Assembly: GCA_964057225.1 (NCBI GenBank)
Contig: OZ059896.1
Coordinates: forward strand, 17,174,001-17,238,000
Length of the DNA: 64,000 nucleotides
Direction: 5' to 3'
Origin: Auanema rhodensis
Lineage: Eukaryota > Animalia > Nematoda
Positions 1-14,445 of the stretch are shown here, one piece after another. Made by a program: the position numbers and the translations under genes. Every line of letters starts with the position of its first letter. The stretch's first letter is position 1. The notes under the pieces are model-generated. The model was given only the letters and a program-made list of their open reading frames with translations, had not been told where the DNA came from and did no database searches.

Positions 1-942
1 TCCCATTTTTGGTTTCCGTTACCTGCAAAACTTTGAAAGCTAGGATTCACATATTAGCTAACCTTCTGTTCAGAATTGTCTTGACTAGATGCTTGCATTG
101 AAACGTCAGTTACAACAGATAAATCAAGATGACGTAGAGGTGCAAAAGTATGATCAATAGCACTTTTTGGCGTGGAGCAACCTTCTCCTATTCTGCCCTG
201 AATAGCGAACATGTAATAGCATTCAACTTCAAATTATACCTGCGATCCCGCAGCAACAATAGGAGTGATCACACTTGCATTAGGATTGTCTTTGGTTGTG
301 CTTTTAGATGAAAAATTGATTCCGTCAAACATGTCCTAGAATATATATATATGCATATTCAAGCATAGTTTACAGCTCAAGAAATTACTTTTGATTTTGG
401 ACTAGTAGTAGGAGTTTCATCAGCATCATATTCCTGTCCTATTTTTGCTTTTACATCCGCGATAAACCTTGGGGGCTTGTTCTCAAAAATATTAAAAGAA
501 CCACCTAATAATTGTTCATCCTAAATCAAAAAGAAAATATTTAAAAAATGATTACAAACATACACGAAAATAAGCTCTCTGTTTTTCCTTCATTCTGCCC
601 AGTAATTCCCTTGTATTTTCCAATGAATTTTCAGAGTCATCCTGAAAAAAATGTAAACACGGTGTTACATTAGTACAATATATTAATTAATTATACCTTT
701 TCAATACTAGCAGTAGTTTCATTGATAGTCGAATTATCCTCTGTAGAAGTTACAGTGTCATCAGGGGCATATCGACCAAAAATTTCAAGATTTCTTTGTT
801 CAATACATATTATTTTCTAAAACGAAACGATAGAACAATACAATTTATTTCTACTTACTCGTCCAACAGGCGCTTTACTTTTAAAATTGTAGCAATCTCG
901 TAGAATTTTATCTACATCTACAGAACTAGGTTTGTCCTCCAT
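1..942 (-). CDS. hcp-4: Probable CENP-C/HCP-4-like inner kinetochore protein, 5' part (runs off window start; multi-exon)
   Basis: ATG at 942; GT-AG splicing of ~40-55 nt introns gives MEDKPSSVDVDKILRDCYNFKSKAPVGRKIICIEQRNLEIFG...ELLGRMKEKQRAYFR...GEGCSTPKSAIDHTFAPLRHLDLSVVTDVS. The CSTPKS..LR.LD.S.V segment and N-terminal GRK motif resemble C. elegans HCP-4 as I recall it; E2F site upstream. The diagnostic CENP-C motif/C-terminus lies outside the window. Confidence 0.55.
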
Positions 943-1120
943 TTTATTATTAACATATGTTCATATAAATATATACCAGAACCTCAAGTACATGGTTATA
1001 CACACACAACTTTTGTTATAAGCATAAACAACATAATAAATATTAAAATATTGAAGTTTAAAATTTTAATATTACAGTAATCATAAAACATTAGAAAAAA
1101 GCTTTAATATGAATTATATA

Positions 1121-1133
1121 TTTTCGCGCCAAA
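1121..1133. promoter_or_regulatory. E2F (EFL-1/DPL-1, DRM complex) site in a bidirectional promoter
   Basis: TTTTCGCGCCAAA contains the canonical TTTCGCGCC E2F motif, inside a ~350-nt very AT-rich gap between divergent ATGs at 942(-) and 1291(+). Confidence 0.65.
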
Positions 1134-1290
1134 TGCTAAAGCGTTCCCTGCAAGACCATTTTGACATTAATATGCTAACATTCCAGTTAAGCGGAATATA
1201 AATTACTTAAGCTTTTATAATTATTGGTGTGTATTTTTATATTTTCTTTCAGTAAATAAATTTATATGGTTAATTTTCTTTTTAGAAGGG

Positions 1291-2433
1291 ATGGCTACTC
1301 TTCCACCTGCTCTGCTCGCTAGGCTTCAAAAAAGAGGAATTGTAAAAAATGGTATGTATCTTTACTTTTTTTTTTCTTTTAAATTTTTCATTTTAGCGAA
1401 TGAAGAGGTTTTTGCTGAAAACTATGATTCAAGCGAAAAAGATAAGTCAGTGGCAGATAATAGAAGCGGAGCTCCAGGATGTCCTAATAAATACAACCCG
1501 TACCATGTTTGTGTAGAATATTGCTATGACCATTGGGGCGATGGCTTTCCGGAACATAGGTGCAATTATAATACATTTTTTGATTAACAATTTATGTTTA
1601 GATTACCAGAGTCTTACATTCGAAAAAAAAGTAGAATGCTATCCAAATATCCTCTACCAGAAGGATGGGTTGAAGTATATGATTGCGGAGTTGGTAGGCA
1701 TTACTATTGGAATCAAGAGAGTGATGAGGCAAGTCTTTATAACATTTTTGACATTTTTTAAATTAACACTTTTTATAGGTCAGCTGGCTTTCTCCTCGAC
1801 ATCCTAAGGCTGTTATTGGTATTGCTGCTCCTAAAATGGCTAGAAATAATCTACATCGTGAAAAAGCAGATAAATTAAGATTCGAAGGCTTTGACGGTGT
1901 GGTAAGTACTTTTTGTTTGTTTTGTTATATTTCTATTATTCAGAACTTGCGATTACGGGATAAAGAGCTTGATAGGCATGGCGATCGAAGTCGCGATAGG
2001 GATTCAAAACGAAGAAGAGTTTGTTTATTTGTTCCTTGAATAATTCGACAACGATATTTTAAGGAGCCGAGTGTTGAACCAGAAGGTTCTGATTCTGACG
2101 CAGAGGACCCTATGAAACTTGATGAGCATGACCGCTTAAGTGAGTTATTCTCTATTTTCTTTTTTTATTATTGTTTCCTAGAAAGAGCAAAAAGAAAAGG
2201 AATCGATCCTATGGATCCTGCTGCCTACGGAGATGCAGATGTGTTAGTAACATTGTGATCAAGCTTAAGCTTAATTTTATTTTTTCAGTGGTACTTGGTC
2301 ATCCGGTTTGCGGCAACATGATAAAACTGGAGCCGATGTCACTGCGTCCGGCCCTCTTTTTCAACAAAGACCTTATCCAGCTCCTGGCTCTGTATTGCGT
2401 AATAAAAAAGGCGAACCTCGGGATGAATCTTAA
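1291..2433 (+). CDS. pqbp-1: Polyglutamine-binding protein 1 (WW-domain splicing factor)
   Basis: N-term [14 protein letters not shown]; [15 protein letters not shown] motif; WW domain [31 protein letters not shown]; C-term [46 protein letters not shown]; stop TAA 2431-2433. One GC-AG intron (1729-1778). Confidence 0.95.
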
Positions 2434-3694
2434 TTTGTATTTCGATTTCTTTGTTGAACTCGTATTATATAATATTAATTATAATAAACCTGTCAACTCT
2501 AAAGAAAACACCAGGATTATATTATTGAATTTCACAAAGGTGTACCCAAATTTTCACATGAACTTTACAGGATTTTGGAACCTAAAACTTAGTTCAGTTC
2601 TAAAATATCTTCAAACTTAAAATTGAATTAACTGTCGTGCATCTGACAATAAAAAACCGATGTACTTAATGAAGTTGCCAGAAACAACATTGTAGCAGGA
2701 GGGTAGGAAGCAAGAGACTTTCGTATTCAATCTTGTTATATATTATATCCGAATATTTCAAGTAATTGCTCATTGATTTTCATTAATTACGTAATAACAT
2801 TTACTGAGGGGAATGGGAGGTGTGTCTTTCTATAACCTAATAACATGATAATTGTGAATTTAGACATTCGCCATAAGCTTTCAATATTTTGCATCCCTAA
2901 GTTTCATTCACAAATTTAATACATAGTATATTTTGATATTTTGATATGCTGCCTACGTTAGTTTACGAAGTTTTACATCTCTTTAGAATATTCCATTTTC
3001 GAAATCTAGTTCAATTTTGGACATCCTACATTTATAATTTTTCCATAGCAATGACTAAAGCAGGATAAAAATGAAGATTAAAACAATAAATTGAATGAAC
3101 GAAAAATAAACGTATCGAAAAGTAATGAATGTGGGCTTAAGCTAAGAAAAGACAATTAACCATTTCATTAAGAAAATCCGTTTAAATAATAGAACGTTTC
3201 TCGCTTTTGTTTCTTAAGAATATTCCACAGAAGAGTTATATATAACCATTTATATATATGCATAAATCTAACAAAACTTGCTATATAATATTGATATAAC
3301 TTAATTATATTGAGTACCTGGGATCTATATCAAACAGTATGCTCTATTTATAACATGACGACACGCGACGCAACACTTATATGCAGGCGCCATCATTGCT
3401 CAGTAGAACTTTTGAATTTAGAGCGGCGTTTTGGCTGTTCTTCTACATGGTATTGAATTAATTTTTTTAATTATATCGAACTTTCATTCAATTTAGACTT
3501 TTTTTCATGTTATTTTGTATTTAGCTTCTAGTTTTCTTATTTGTTGTCTATTTGTTGTTCTTTTTTTATTTTTGTTATGTTGTTTTTTCTTATTTTTGAG
3601 CTATATGCCATCCATACACATTGAATATTCGTGGCACCCAGTTGCCAACAGGCAAAATGGAATTAAGTAATATTTTGAATTTTAGTAATCTGTG

Positions 3695-5177
<1,483 letters not shown>

Positions 5178-5249
5178 GATGTACAGTGAACTTTTAAATA
5201 TGATGAATAGTATAATTTCTGTAATTGCTTAACAACTAACTGCAATATA

Positions 5250-6220
5250 TTAGGTGTGCGCAAAAGTTTCTGGCCATGAACATTGAATTTTGAATAAATA
5301 TTTTAAAATTTTAAAAAAGCGTGGACCAAACCTAAAATTATATTCAAAAAAGGTTTTAAATTCTAATTATTCGAAAAAATTTTCGTTCGATTTTCAATTT
5401 CGTTTTTGCTCTCGTTTTCTTAAATGGTTTTTAACAAGGAATACATGCGTAACTGTCTCAAGCTGTATCTCAATCAAGGTTTAAATGCTTTGAAAGCTTA
5501 TAATCTTCTCCAATCCACTTATGGTGAAGATATGCCTTCTTATAGTACCTGTAAATCATGGTACGTTAGATTTAAATCTAGCTCTTTAGGGCTACCGTTG
5601 GTAGACACCTGAAAGAACTAGGTAAGATCAAAAATGGTTTCCCTTAAATCACTCATATTCTCAGCTCTTCTAACAAAGTGGCGAGAATGAGCTGCTGTGG
5701 GAGCCAGCTTGAAATGGCAAAAAAGTGGGTTTTTGAATGATTTAATCACGGGCGATGAAAAGTGGATCTTTTTCGAGATCCAGACCCAAAATATTTTATG
5801 TCACTCCAGGGAAGCACCAACACCTAAAGCTAACTAACTGACCCCTTAAAAGGTGATGTTATATTGTTTTTGGGATGAAGGAGAAATAATTCATTATTTT
5901 CATTACGGATTATTAGATTATGCTGAGACGTTGAATAGTAGGCTCTATGCCGAACATATTTATCGGTTTCAGGAGGCTGTTTCAGTGAAACGCCCACGAA
6001 AACTCAAGAAAATCTTCCTGCTTCATGTGGTCCGAGACGTGTGTCGAGTTGTGGAGGAGAAAGGATGGGAGCTTCTGAAGCATCTACTATATTCTCCAAA
6101 CCTTGCTCCCTCCGATTACCATTTATTCCGATCGTTGAAGCATTTTTTTCACATGTTTTAAAAATATGAGGTGGTTCCGTTTGGGCGAGAGGAGGGTCAG
6201 AAACGTTTGCGCACATCTAA
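5250..6220 (+). mobile_element. Degenerate, internally deleted mariner (Tc1/mariner) DNA transposon
   Basis: TIRs TTAGGTGTGCGCAAAAGTTTCTG (5250-5272) and reverse complement TTAGATGTGCGCAAACGTTTCTG (6198-6220), 21/23 identical; TA on the left flank. Broken transposase: HTH-like YGEDMPSYSTCKSWYVRFK, ITGDEKWIF, KVMLYCFWD, YSPNLAPSDYHLFRSL, with stops and frameshifts; second catalytic Asp region missing. Confidence 0.92.
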
Positions 6221-6971
6221 TTATTATTTTTTTTCTGGTAAACGGTGACAAGTATAGAAAAACATATATCGATTTATATGCTAATTTTTTGTACTTTCCA
6301 TTTTAAATTATTTCACTATCGTTCTTTGATTGATCATGCTAGGGTTAAAAGCAGTTTTTTGAAGTTGGTAGTTTTCTTCCTTTCCTTTTCATATCTTTGA
6401 GATTATTCTCTCCACGCGTCTGCTCTCCCGGTATTTCGAGTAGCTATTCTATCGCCTCTAGCATATTCACAGCATAAGGCATTTGCCTGTTTTGAACTAA
6501 ACGAGTTTCTGGAATTGAAGAGCATAAATCTTTCTAGCTTCCCGCTCTGATCTTAGTTTATCAGAATATCTTCATAATATTCTAGAAAACTTATCTCATG
6601 TGTAATATTGTTTCTTTAAATGCTGGTAAACATTGTTTTAAGAGTGTTGTAGTATTGTTTTTATTTCCTAGGTAAACTTGCATGCTATGAATGAAAAATT
6701 AGCTGAATATAATCGTTTTGTTTCATTTTCTCAATTTTATTTTCTATGCAACCGTTCTGTGTTGAGCACATTATAAATATAAAAATTCCGAAACCCTGTC
6801 TTATGTATAATGCATTTACAGCTAAATTAGCACAATTGAAATATTGATTGTTTGAATGAAAAAACCTTTATTATATATATCAACAAACACTAATAAAAAT
6901 ATGTTGTAACCTTATGGGTTGTTTTTCAATGATAAACTTTTACATGAGTTTTAATTATGTCAAGTAGATAG

Positions 6972-8957
6972 TTAAGTGCTGTCAACTGAGTCTGTGCTGG
7001 GGCTACAAGATGATGAGTTCCTAAATATTGATTTAATATTTTTCAAGAACAGATGTAACAAACATTGAGTGATCATCTCTGGCATCGTTGTCAAAGATGT
7101 CCCCGTAAAGCTCATTTACAAGAGGATCGGCCAAAGTTGGAGCAAAAGTGTTTCTCATACGAATATGTTCTAGAAGTTCCACTGCCATTACCTTAATAAG
7201 ATAAATTATTCAACTTTCTAGATAATCTTAGAGAAACCTGTATTTGAGGTATGAGAAGAAGTATAGAGCAGATGCGCTTTGCTCCTTGGTCGATTCCAAC
7301 ATGATCGACACAAAATTGGAATAAGCATGATTGAACGAGTGATCTGCATTCAGCTACATTTTCAGCAGCTTTAGTAGATAGATCTTCAGCATCTAAAACA
7401 TAATGTAAAAACAGTAATTGTATATAAAATAACAAACCGGGGTTAAAAACAATCAAAGCTTTGAGAAGCACAAGTTCTTTAGGTGTCAAATTCATCATGC
7501 GTAAATGCTTATGTGCCCATGTTAAGATGGAGGAAATCAAACGAGTATTCAAGAAGCTAGAATATACTGGTTATATGGCGCATACTTAAAGATATAACAA
7601 ACCAATTTTTGGGAAGCACACTATCTCTGTGAAGATATGTATTGTTTGGCAGAGGAAGCATCGTTTCCAGCGTAGAACAGCTTGCACTACCAAGCTCCAA
7701 AATCATAAGAGGAGTGCATGCAGCACGCAACAAGCAGAGCTGAAAAGGGAACCATGAATTATGAGAAAAAGAAAAAAAATACAAATCTAGAAAATCGAAA
7801 CTATTTCTAATAGACATATATAAGCAAGAATTATTGATACCTTATCCGTAGCATTAATGCTATCCTCTTCTCTGATGTCGGCCGCTTGTCTAATCCAGTC
7901 AAGTACCCAGATTACCAGCCGACGCTCGCTTTCACCGCAAGCAATCATGTCGGCAGCGGCTCCCATGTTGTATTCCATCTTAATTAACAGTTTTGTAAGC
8001 AGTTTTAAAAGAGATGGTATAAAGAACTGTAAGAAAGACGTACATGAAAACGGTCGGAATTCAACAACTCGGGATGCTGAATGGCCTTTTCAAGTCCCAC
8101 GGGCCAAGGGGAAGTATCTTGATCGCATCCATCTTTACTAGTTCTCTCAACGAGTAGTAGTGAGCTAGCGAATAAACGATTGTCCATTCGAAGTCGTTTG
8201 AGAGCAGGTTGATCCTTTAAAGAAATAAACTAGAAATTACAGAAGCTTAATACTTTTCATACATCGTAATTATTGTCGTCTTTATTTTCATCATTTTCTT
8301 CTTCCTTTTTGCGTTTAGTTTTCTTATCATCCTTCTTATCCATACGTACAGCTGAATTTTATTTTATTTCTAGAAGCTCAAATAAATTATTGAAACCTTC
8401 CAATTTCATTCCAGAGTTCAGACAACGAGTGAAACGACAAAAGCGACAAGCATTTCTTCCAGCTTAAAAATATGTCGTTAATGAATTCAATGGAAAAGAT
8501 CGCTATTTTAGATTACATGACAATAAGAACTTTAAATGTTGAATTAAAATCTTACCTGTGGAGATTGAACAATTTCCATTATACCGACAAGTGTATGTTA
8601 AATGACTCTTAACCGTTCTCCAGAAAAAACATTTGCAGCCGTGGCAAGCGGCAACTCCATAGTACAAATGCGAACAAGCGCGATCACCACAAACCACACA
8701 CTGAAATTGTAATGTTTTATATATTTAACACAATCATTCCGGATTTTCTTCAACCAAACGGCTCACAAGAATACATGACAATCGATTTAATTACAAAAAT
8801 ATAGGAAAAGAAAGAATCGAACTTGTGTGCCAATGGCGGCCCTTTGTTGCGCTTCGCTCTTAACAGAGTCAGCTTTTTCTTTCGGATTGAACGGTGGTTT
8901 AGGATATTTCTCAGTTATAGAACGTTGCTTTGGATCAGGCTGAGCGTCGGCTGACAT
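6972..8957 (-). CDS. Nuclear hormone receptor (C4 zinc-finger DBD + LBD), NHR-5-like
   Basis: ATG 8957 with in-frame stop upstream; [60 protein letters not shown]; LBD segments [11 protein letters not shown] and [13 protein letters not shown]; last exon [15 protein letters not shown]. Confidence 0.92.
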
Positions 8958-11900
8958 TAGGAAAGACTATGCTATTCGAAGAAGTTTTTGCTCAGATTTT
9001 TCTAAGCGATGAACGCGGTGCCAGACTCCACCTAAAAATAGAAATGTTAATTGGATGAATCAATAGTCTCAAATATATAATGGACAAACATTGAGAATGA
9101 TGTGTTGATATCAACATGATAAGTTATAAAGTAACAAAAAGAAGATAAATATACGAGCTATTGCAGAAGCGAAAATTAGAGAAGTGCGAGTTAATCAATC
9201 GATAATGTTCAATTAAACCGCAAAACAATTGGCGGATATTTTGAAGTATTTATATTCTAGTAAAAGTAAAATTAGGTTTATAAAGTATTTAATAAGTTTC
9301 AAGTATTCAATCTTAAAAAGGTACCGAGCTAAAACGGAAAATGTGGCGTAATCAATAAGCGATGAATGATGGAACAGAACAGAAACGACCATAATACCGG
9401 TCTTTTCGTCCTATGTGTCTCTAACATTACTCTCTTGTTGATCGTCTGTTTCTCTGACTATACTGTGCTCTCCTCTTCGTATGCACTCTATGGTGGGTAT
9501 CATTGATATTCCTTGCGCATCACCTTTTGCCGTATACTCTAAGTAAAATGAATGTCTCTTGCAATGGGTTACTCGGCGAGGATGTTAGTGATGTGGGGGG
9601 AGGTGAGCGAAGAAGAAGAAGGTTACATCAACATCGGAAGTGAAGGCCATATGATCAAATTCTACCCTATACCTTTAACAATAGTATGAGAAGATTTATA
9701 TAAATATGTTTATGGTATTAATATATTTTTATTCTTCAAATACGTTGTTGCTTTCTATGATTTTTACAGGTCTTTTAACTGTTTCTTATATAATCTCAAC
9801 GATAATAGTTTGTGTGTATGTTGTCAATGGTCTCGTTTTTATTATCATAAGTGATATTAACAATGCTTATAAGCATTCTATGTGAAAAGTTGGATGCACT
9901 TTTTGGTAAGTTAACGAAAATAGTTTTTATTTAGGTGCTTGGTAATGTGATTCGGACACAAGCCAAATTGATAACGATTGTAGTCTTCTAATGACAATTC
10001 GTTTCACCGAAATAGCTGGCCAGTCTTCCTTATTAGTAACTGTTCAGATAAAAATAGCTTCAAGTTGAAGGGAGATTAGATATTTTGTGTTCAATCATGA
10101 AAACTTTGAGATAGAAGAGACGAATTTTATGGAAAAGACCGTGATAGATTGAAGTACATAACGTGAAAGTCTGAAGAATCATGAGACCCATTAAGCAATA
10201 GATAAAAGATTCTGTCTAAAATGATTTTTCGAGGTGCATTGCAAAAGATGATGTTCAAAGAATTATAGATGGCAAACATTTTTTCTTCCTCCAGTAAAGA
10301 TAAAATTGAAAATTGAATTGAACATTTGGAAAATGTTTGAATATGGTTTGAAATCAAACTATAAACATTATTTAATAACATGTAGTACAAATAAATACAT
10401 AGATGATGATGATTCTAAAAGAGTAGGGGTTATTGAGAGAGCGTATGATGGTTCAATAGGGATAGGAATTGAAAGAAAAAGAGTGTAACAGGGAGAAAGA
10501 TAGAAAAAAGGGTTAAACGATAGATATTATGGCCACACAAAGAGAGAGAGATAGAAAGAAAGGAAGAGAAGATGGTTAAGAAAAAGATAAAGAACGTAGA
10601 ATAGTTTGTTAAAATAAGGTACTATTTGAATAACGAAGAAGATATAAACCATAACGAAACTTTGATGCTAACAAAAGAAAGATTTATACCATATATTTGT
10701 TATAAATCTCTTACTTCTGAGAGATCTGAGATTATTTTCATTATTTTTAATTTCTTTCTTATAATTCTTAATGTAGAAAAGTAACTATACTATCGCTTTT
10801 TTCTCTCTTTCTCTCTCTCTCTCTCTTCTTATTCTTTCAGTAGATGCCCCCAATTCAATTTTATGGAATAATTGAAAGGCTTCAAAGTGTCAAAAATGAT
10901 ACATGCGAATGTTTTTGAAAATGATGCATCTTTACTGGATGTTTTCATCATAAAGTTTTAGTTCCGTGAGCCTAAGCTGTCTCGTTTTGTGGTCACTATT
11001 CAACTGATAAACGGGGCCATTTAAATTGCATTTGAGAAAAAAAAGGAATTCTTTTCGTTTCTTTAGATAAACAAATGATAAAAGGAAAAGTTGCAAGGAA
11101 TTCGTAACCTAATGAATAGGAGTTGCTTTGGTCCGCTATCAGGGAAGAACTGAAGGATGCTGGCATATTAATGGTCTGATTTGAATAGAAGATTCATTTT
11201 AATTAGAAAAGACTTGTTGACCGATTATCATATTTGATTGATAAATCAAAATTTCTTAAGCAAAGTTAATGGTTTATGTATTCAAAATATTTTATTTTAA
11301 TAATTAAAATTTATGACCACAAATGCTATAAGTTCATAAAACCATATAGATAAAGTTGCTGTTCGAATATAAAATCGAATATTGAATAGTTGGTAAAGGA
11401 AAGCCAGTAGCAAAAGCAATAAAGAAAATTGTACGATTGCGTGGGATATACGAAAGCGTTCATAACGGGTTAACATACACACATATACACAAACACACAA
11501 TGAATCCTTTAGACTAAGCAATATCTTACATATGTATGTATGTGTACGTTTATGTATGTATGTGTCTATGTGTATTGAACAACCAAATTCTTTTGATTTG
11601 TAATATTCTACATACGTATTTATATCAATATATATGTATATACTATCTACATATAGTAACATCTACGATCTTTAAAGATTTCTAATCTCTATCAATCGTT
11701 GGCATTCCAAATATTGAAGATGAGATCTCTGTCGTATGTTAAAGTAAAATGATACAACAATCTGAAATCAGTGACGAACGGCGACAACAATGACATGCAA
11801 GTAGAACATGAACACGGAAAAAAACTCCTGAAGGACTATGTTCAGAGAATGTTAATAGTCGATCGAACGGAGTTTTATGTTTAAACATGGCTTTCAGATT

Positions 11901-12741
11901 AGATTAAGAAATGGTTTAGGGATAGGGGAATTTTTTGAATAGGAATGAATAATGGTTGAGAATGATGACACTCATAGCATGATCGTAATTTCAAAATGGG
12001 AAGTTCAGGGAATATATAAAAACGATGTTGCTCACAGAAAAAAAAAATTCTCAGACATTTATGAAAAGGAAGAATTTTCTTTTTTGAAAAACTGCCTTTT
12101 ACATTTTATGATATCATTGGGTCCTATTATCAGAGGTATAGATCATTACAGATCAATAAACTCAAATGGGTCCCTTCCTCCCTTCTTTTCTTCATTCCTT
12201 CCTATAATAATAATAATGTTTTACCTCATAAGTTTAACATAATCAAGAAATGTCATAACGATGTCAACCGTGATACCATTATCTTGATAGTTCTTGCTTG
12301 CTCAACAAGTACTGTTGTTGTATCTCCTATATATATGCAAAGTACTTTCAAAATTACATAACACAACAGATCAGGAAAAGGAAACAAATTTCCTTTAAAT
12401 CTGTATGTAACAACATTTAATACTTCTTTAACTATATCTATATTTAGGATAGTAGTAAATTGTGATGGATGATCAGTAAGGAAGGTTGGATGATTCACTT
12501 CAATCCTGTCATCTGAATTAAAATGTTAACTGTATATATAATTGCTGTCAAAACTGTCAACTATATTTCATATTTGGGACAATTTAAAAACTATAATTGG
12601 ATCAGCTGGCTCAATCCAGACTAGTTTTGCCAAATTATTCTCGGAGGTCGGGAAAAACTTTTCGGTATTGCCAATCCTTTACACTCATCGAGGATATCAG
12701 TCTGTGCTTCGGCTAGCCGATATTCAACACTCTCGTATCAA

Positions 12742-14445
12742 ATGAGATTGCTTGTGTTTCTTGTAGCTGCGTGTGCTCTCTATGGACGAGGCATCTGTAT
12801 GCCGGCATTATCAGCATCTGGGACTGATTCCGAAGGTAGGTCTAATGAATGAGCAGCATATTTTGTCCTACATTGTGTGCAAACTATGTAATTATTGCAA
12901 AATATTTGTATTTTTGAGTATGACACCTAAAACTAGGCAAAATTCGGTATGAATAGAACATCTATGTATACTAAACTAAGTCCTTTTTATTGAAATGTAT
13001 TGGCCCATATCAAATGCGTGCATTCTAGAAACAGCATTGTCTGATCATAGCCATCTACTTGAAACACAAATTTCCCACGCCACAACAGCTAAAGAGAATG
13101 ATGAAGCCAATACGCATGTAAAAGAGAATGGACATGTCAGTTTGTGATGAATAAATGATGAAGTTAAATAGAAATAATTTAGGAAATTATGAAAAGGAAT
13201 ACAGATGATCATCGTATGTCCTTATTATCTATTAAAATTACCTAATTTGTGCCGTTATTTCATTTTTAGACGGAAGATATGAGAAGAGAAGTGGGACTGA
13301 TGGCGATGATATAAAGATGGGAAAGAAGATGGAAGAACATAGTGATCATGAAAAAAGATCAATTGTAAGCGAATTGCAATGACGAATGGTGGTAGAAAGA
13401 TAATAATGATCGTGACGATCTCACACAGTCGACAGTTTAAACTGCACGATTATCGTTATTATGCATTTTCAAAGATCAGTTCGATTAATTATAGGATGCT
13501 ACAAGTGCTGATCATCAGGAACACACTGCGTCAACACTACATGATACCCTGCAGGACGAGCAGAATACAGAAAGACGGAAGCGTCACAGTGATACTGTAG
13601 CTCTCCGTAGCCTTAACTTGTAAACTTGAATCAACTTTTAGCTGCATCACCATGCTACACACAGCAATCATACCGAACCTGTTGAAAAACGTCAAAGAAG
13701 AAATAGTGATCAAGTACACTCGATGTCATATTTTGATTTTGAAATCAAAAGTTTTCTTTTAAGGGATTCGATGAAAGTAATGAGAACGAATTAGAAGAAG
13801 TGCATGATGATTCAACAATAAGCGATGAAAGATATCTTTCAAAAAGAAATTCTGATGTATGTGTTATCATTCAGCTGTAACCTTAAATGATTATATAATT
13901 TAAAGAATGATATACAGATTTAAGGGCAAAAATGAAAAAAAATGAAATGAAAATGACAGAATGAATGGAGAGAGAGAAAGCGAGAGAGAGATGGAGGGGG
14001 GCCCGTGTGTGGCTTGCTGTAGAGCAGAAGAAAGGAGACTGTGTGAAACGTGACCGATAGTAGAGAAGAGAACAAGGTGATCAAGAAAAATTATTGTTGC
14101 TAGCCGTTTTCCTTTTGTGACATAATTTTTCATCTTTTCCAACCTTTTCAGAATCACAATATCGCTGTTCCCGAAGAGCCAATCATCGATGAGAATGCTT
14201 CCGAATCGTCACATCATGACTTAGTAGGTAACCAGCTATCAGTTTCCTCTGTTTGTTTAAGAGCTTAATCATTTGGTTCTTTTCTGAAGGTAACAGTTCA
14301 CTTTCTAGAAAATCTAATTTTAGAACGAACGAAGCGTGTTAATAAGTCCGGAAGCAGCCATCGACCCAGAACAATGAACAAAAATAATAAAGGAAATAGT
14401 AAAGCTGGACAATCTGATCAACTTGATGATACACAAGTATTATGA
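12742..14445 (+). CDS. Secreted His/Asp/Glu-rich polypeptide precursor with multiple di-/tetrabasic cleavage sites (NLP-16-like), 263 aa, 9 exons
   Basis: Exons 12742-12835, 13029-13135, 13183-13213, 13270-13364, 13495-13596, 13642-13713, 13764-13856, 14152-14227 and 14324-14445 join in frame via GT-AG introns (792 nt). Signal peptide MRLLVFLVAACALYGRGIC; sites MKR, EKR (x2), RRKR, KRQRR, SKR, RTKR. Confidence 0.8.

Noticed and set aside
3133-3144. Recurrent GGCTTAAG (also about 52134, 63551, 63877) as a possible DNA-elimination or telomere-addition motif
   Set aside because: Four hits of an 8-mer against roughly one expected by composition, picked post hoc; no longer shared palindromic consensus and no telomere arrays.
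6340-6640. Coding-like composition downstream of the mariner
   Set aside because: All frames checked are interrupted by stops; no recognisable motif or splice pattern.
10841-11180. Short exon-like fragments on the + strand
   Set aside because: Could not be joined into an open spliced frame.
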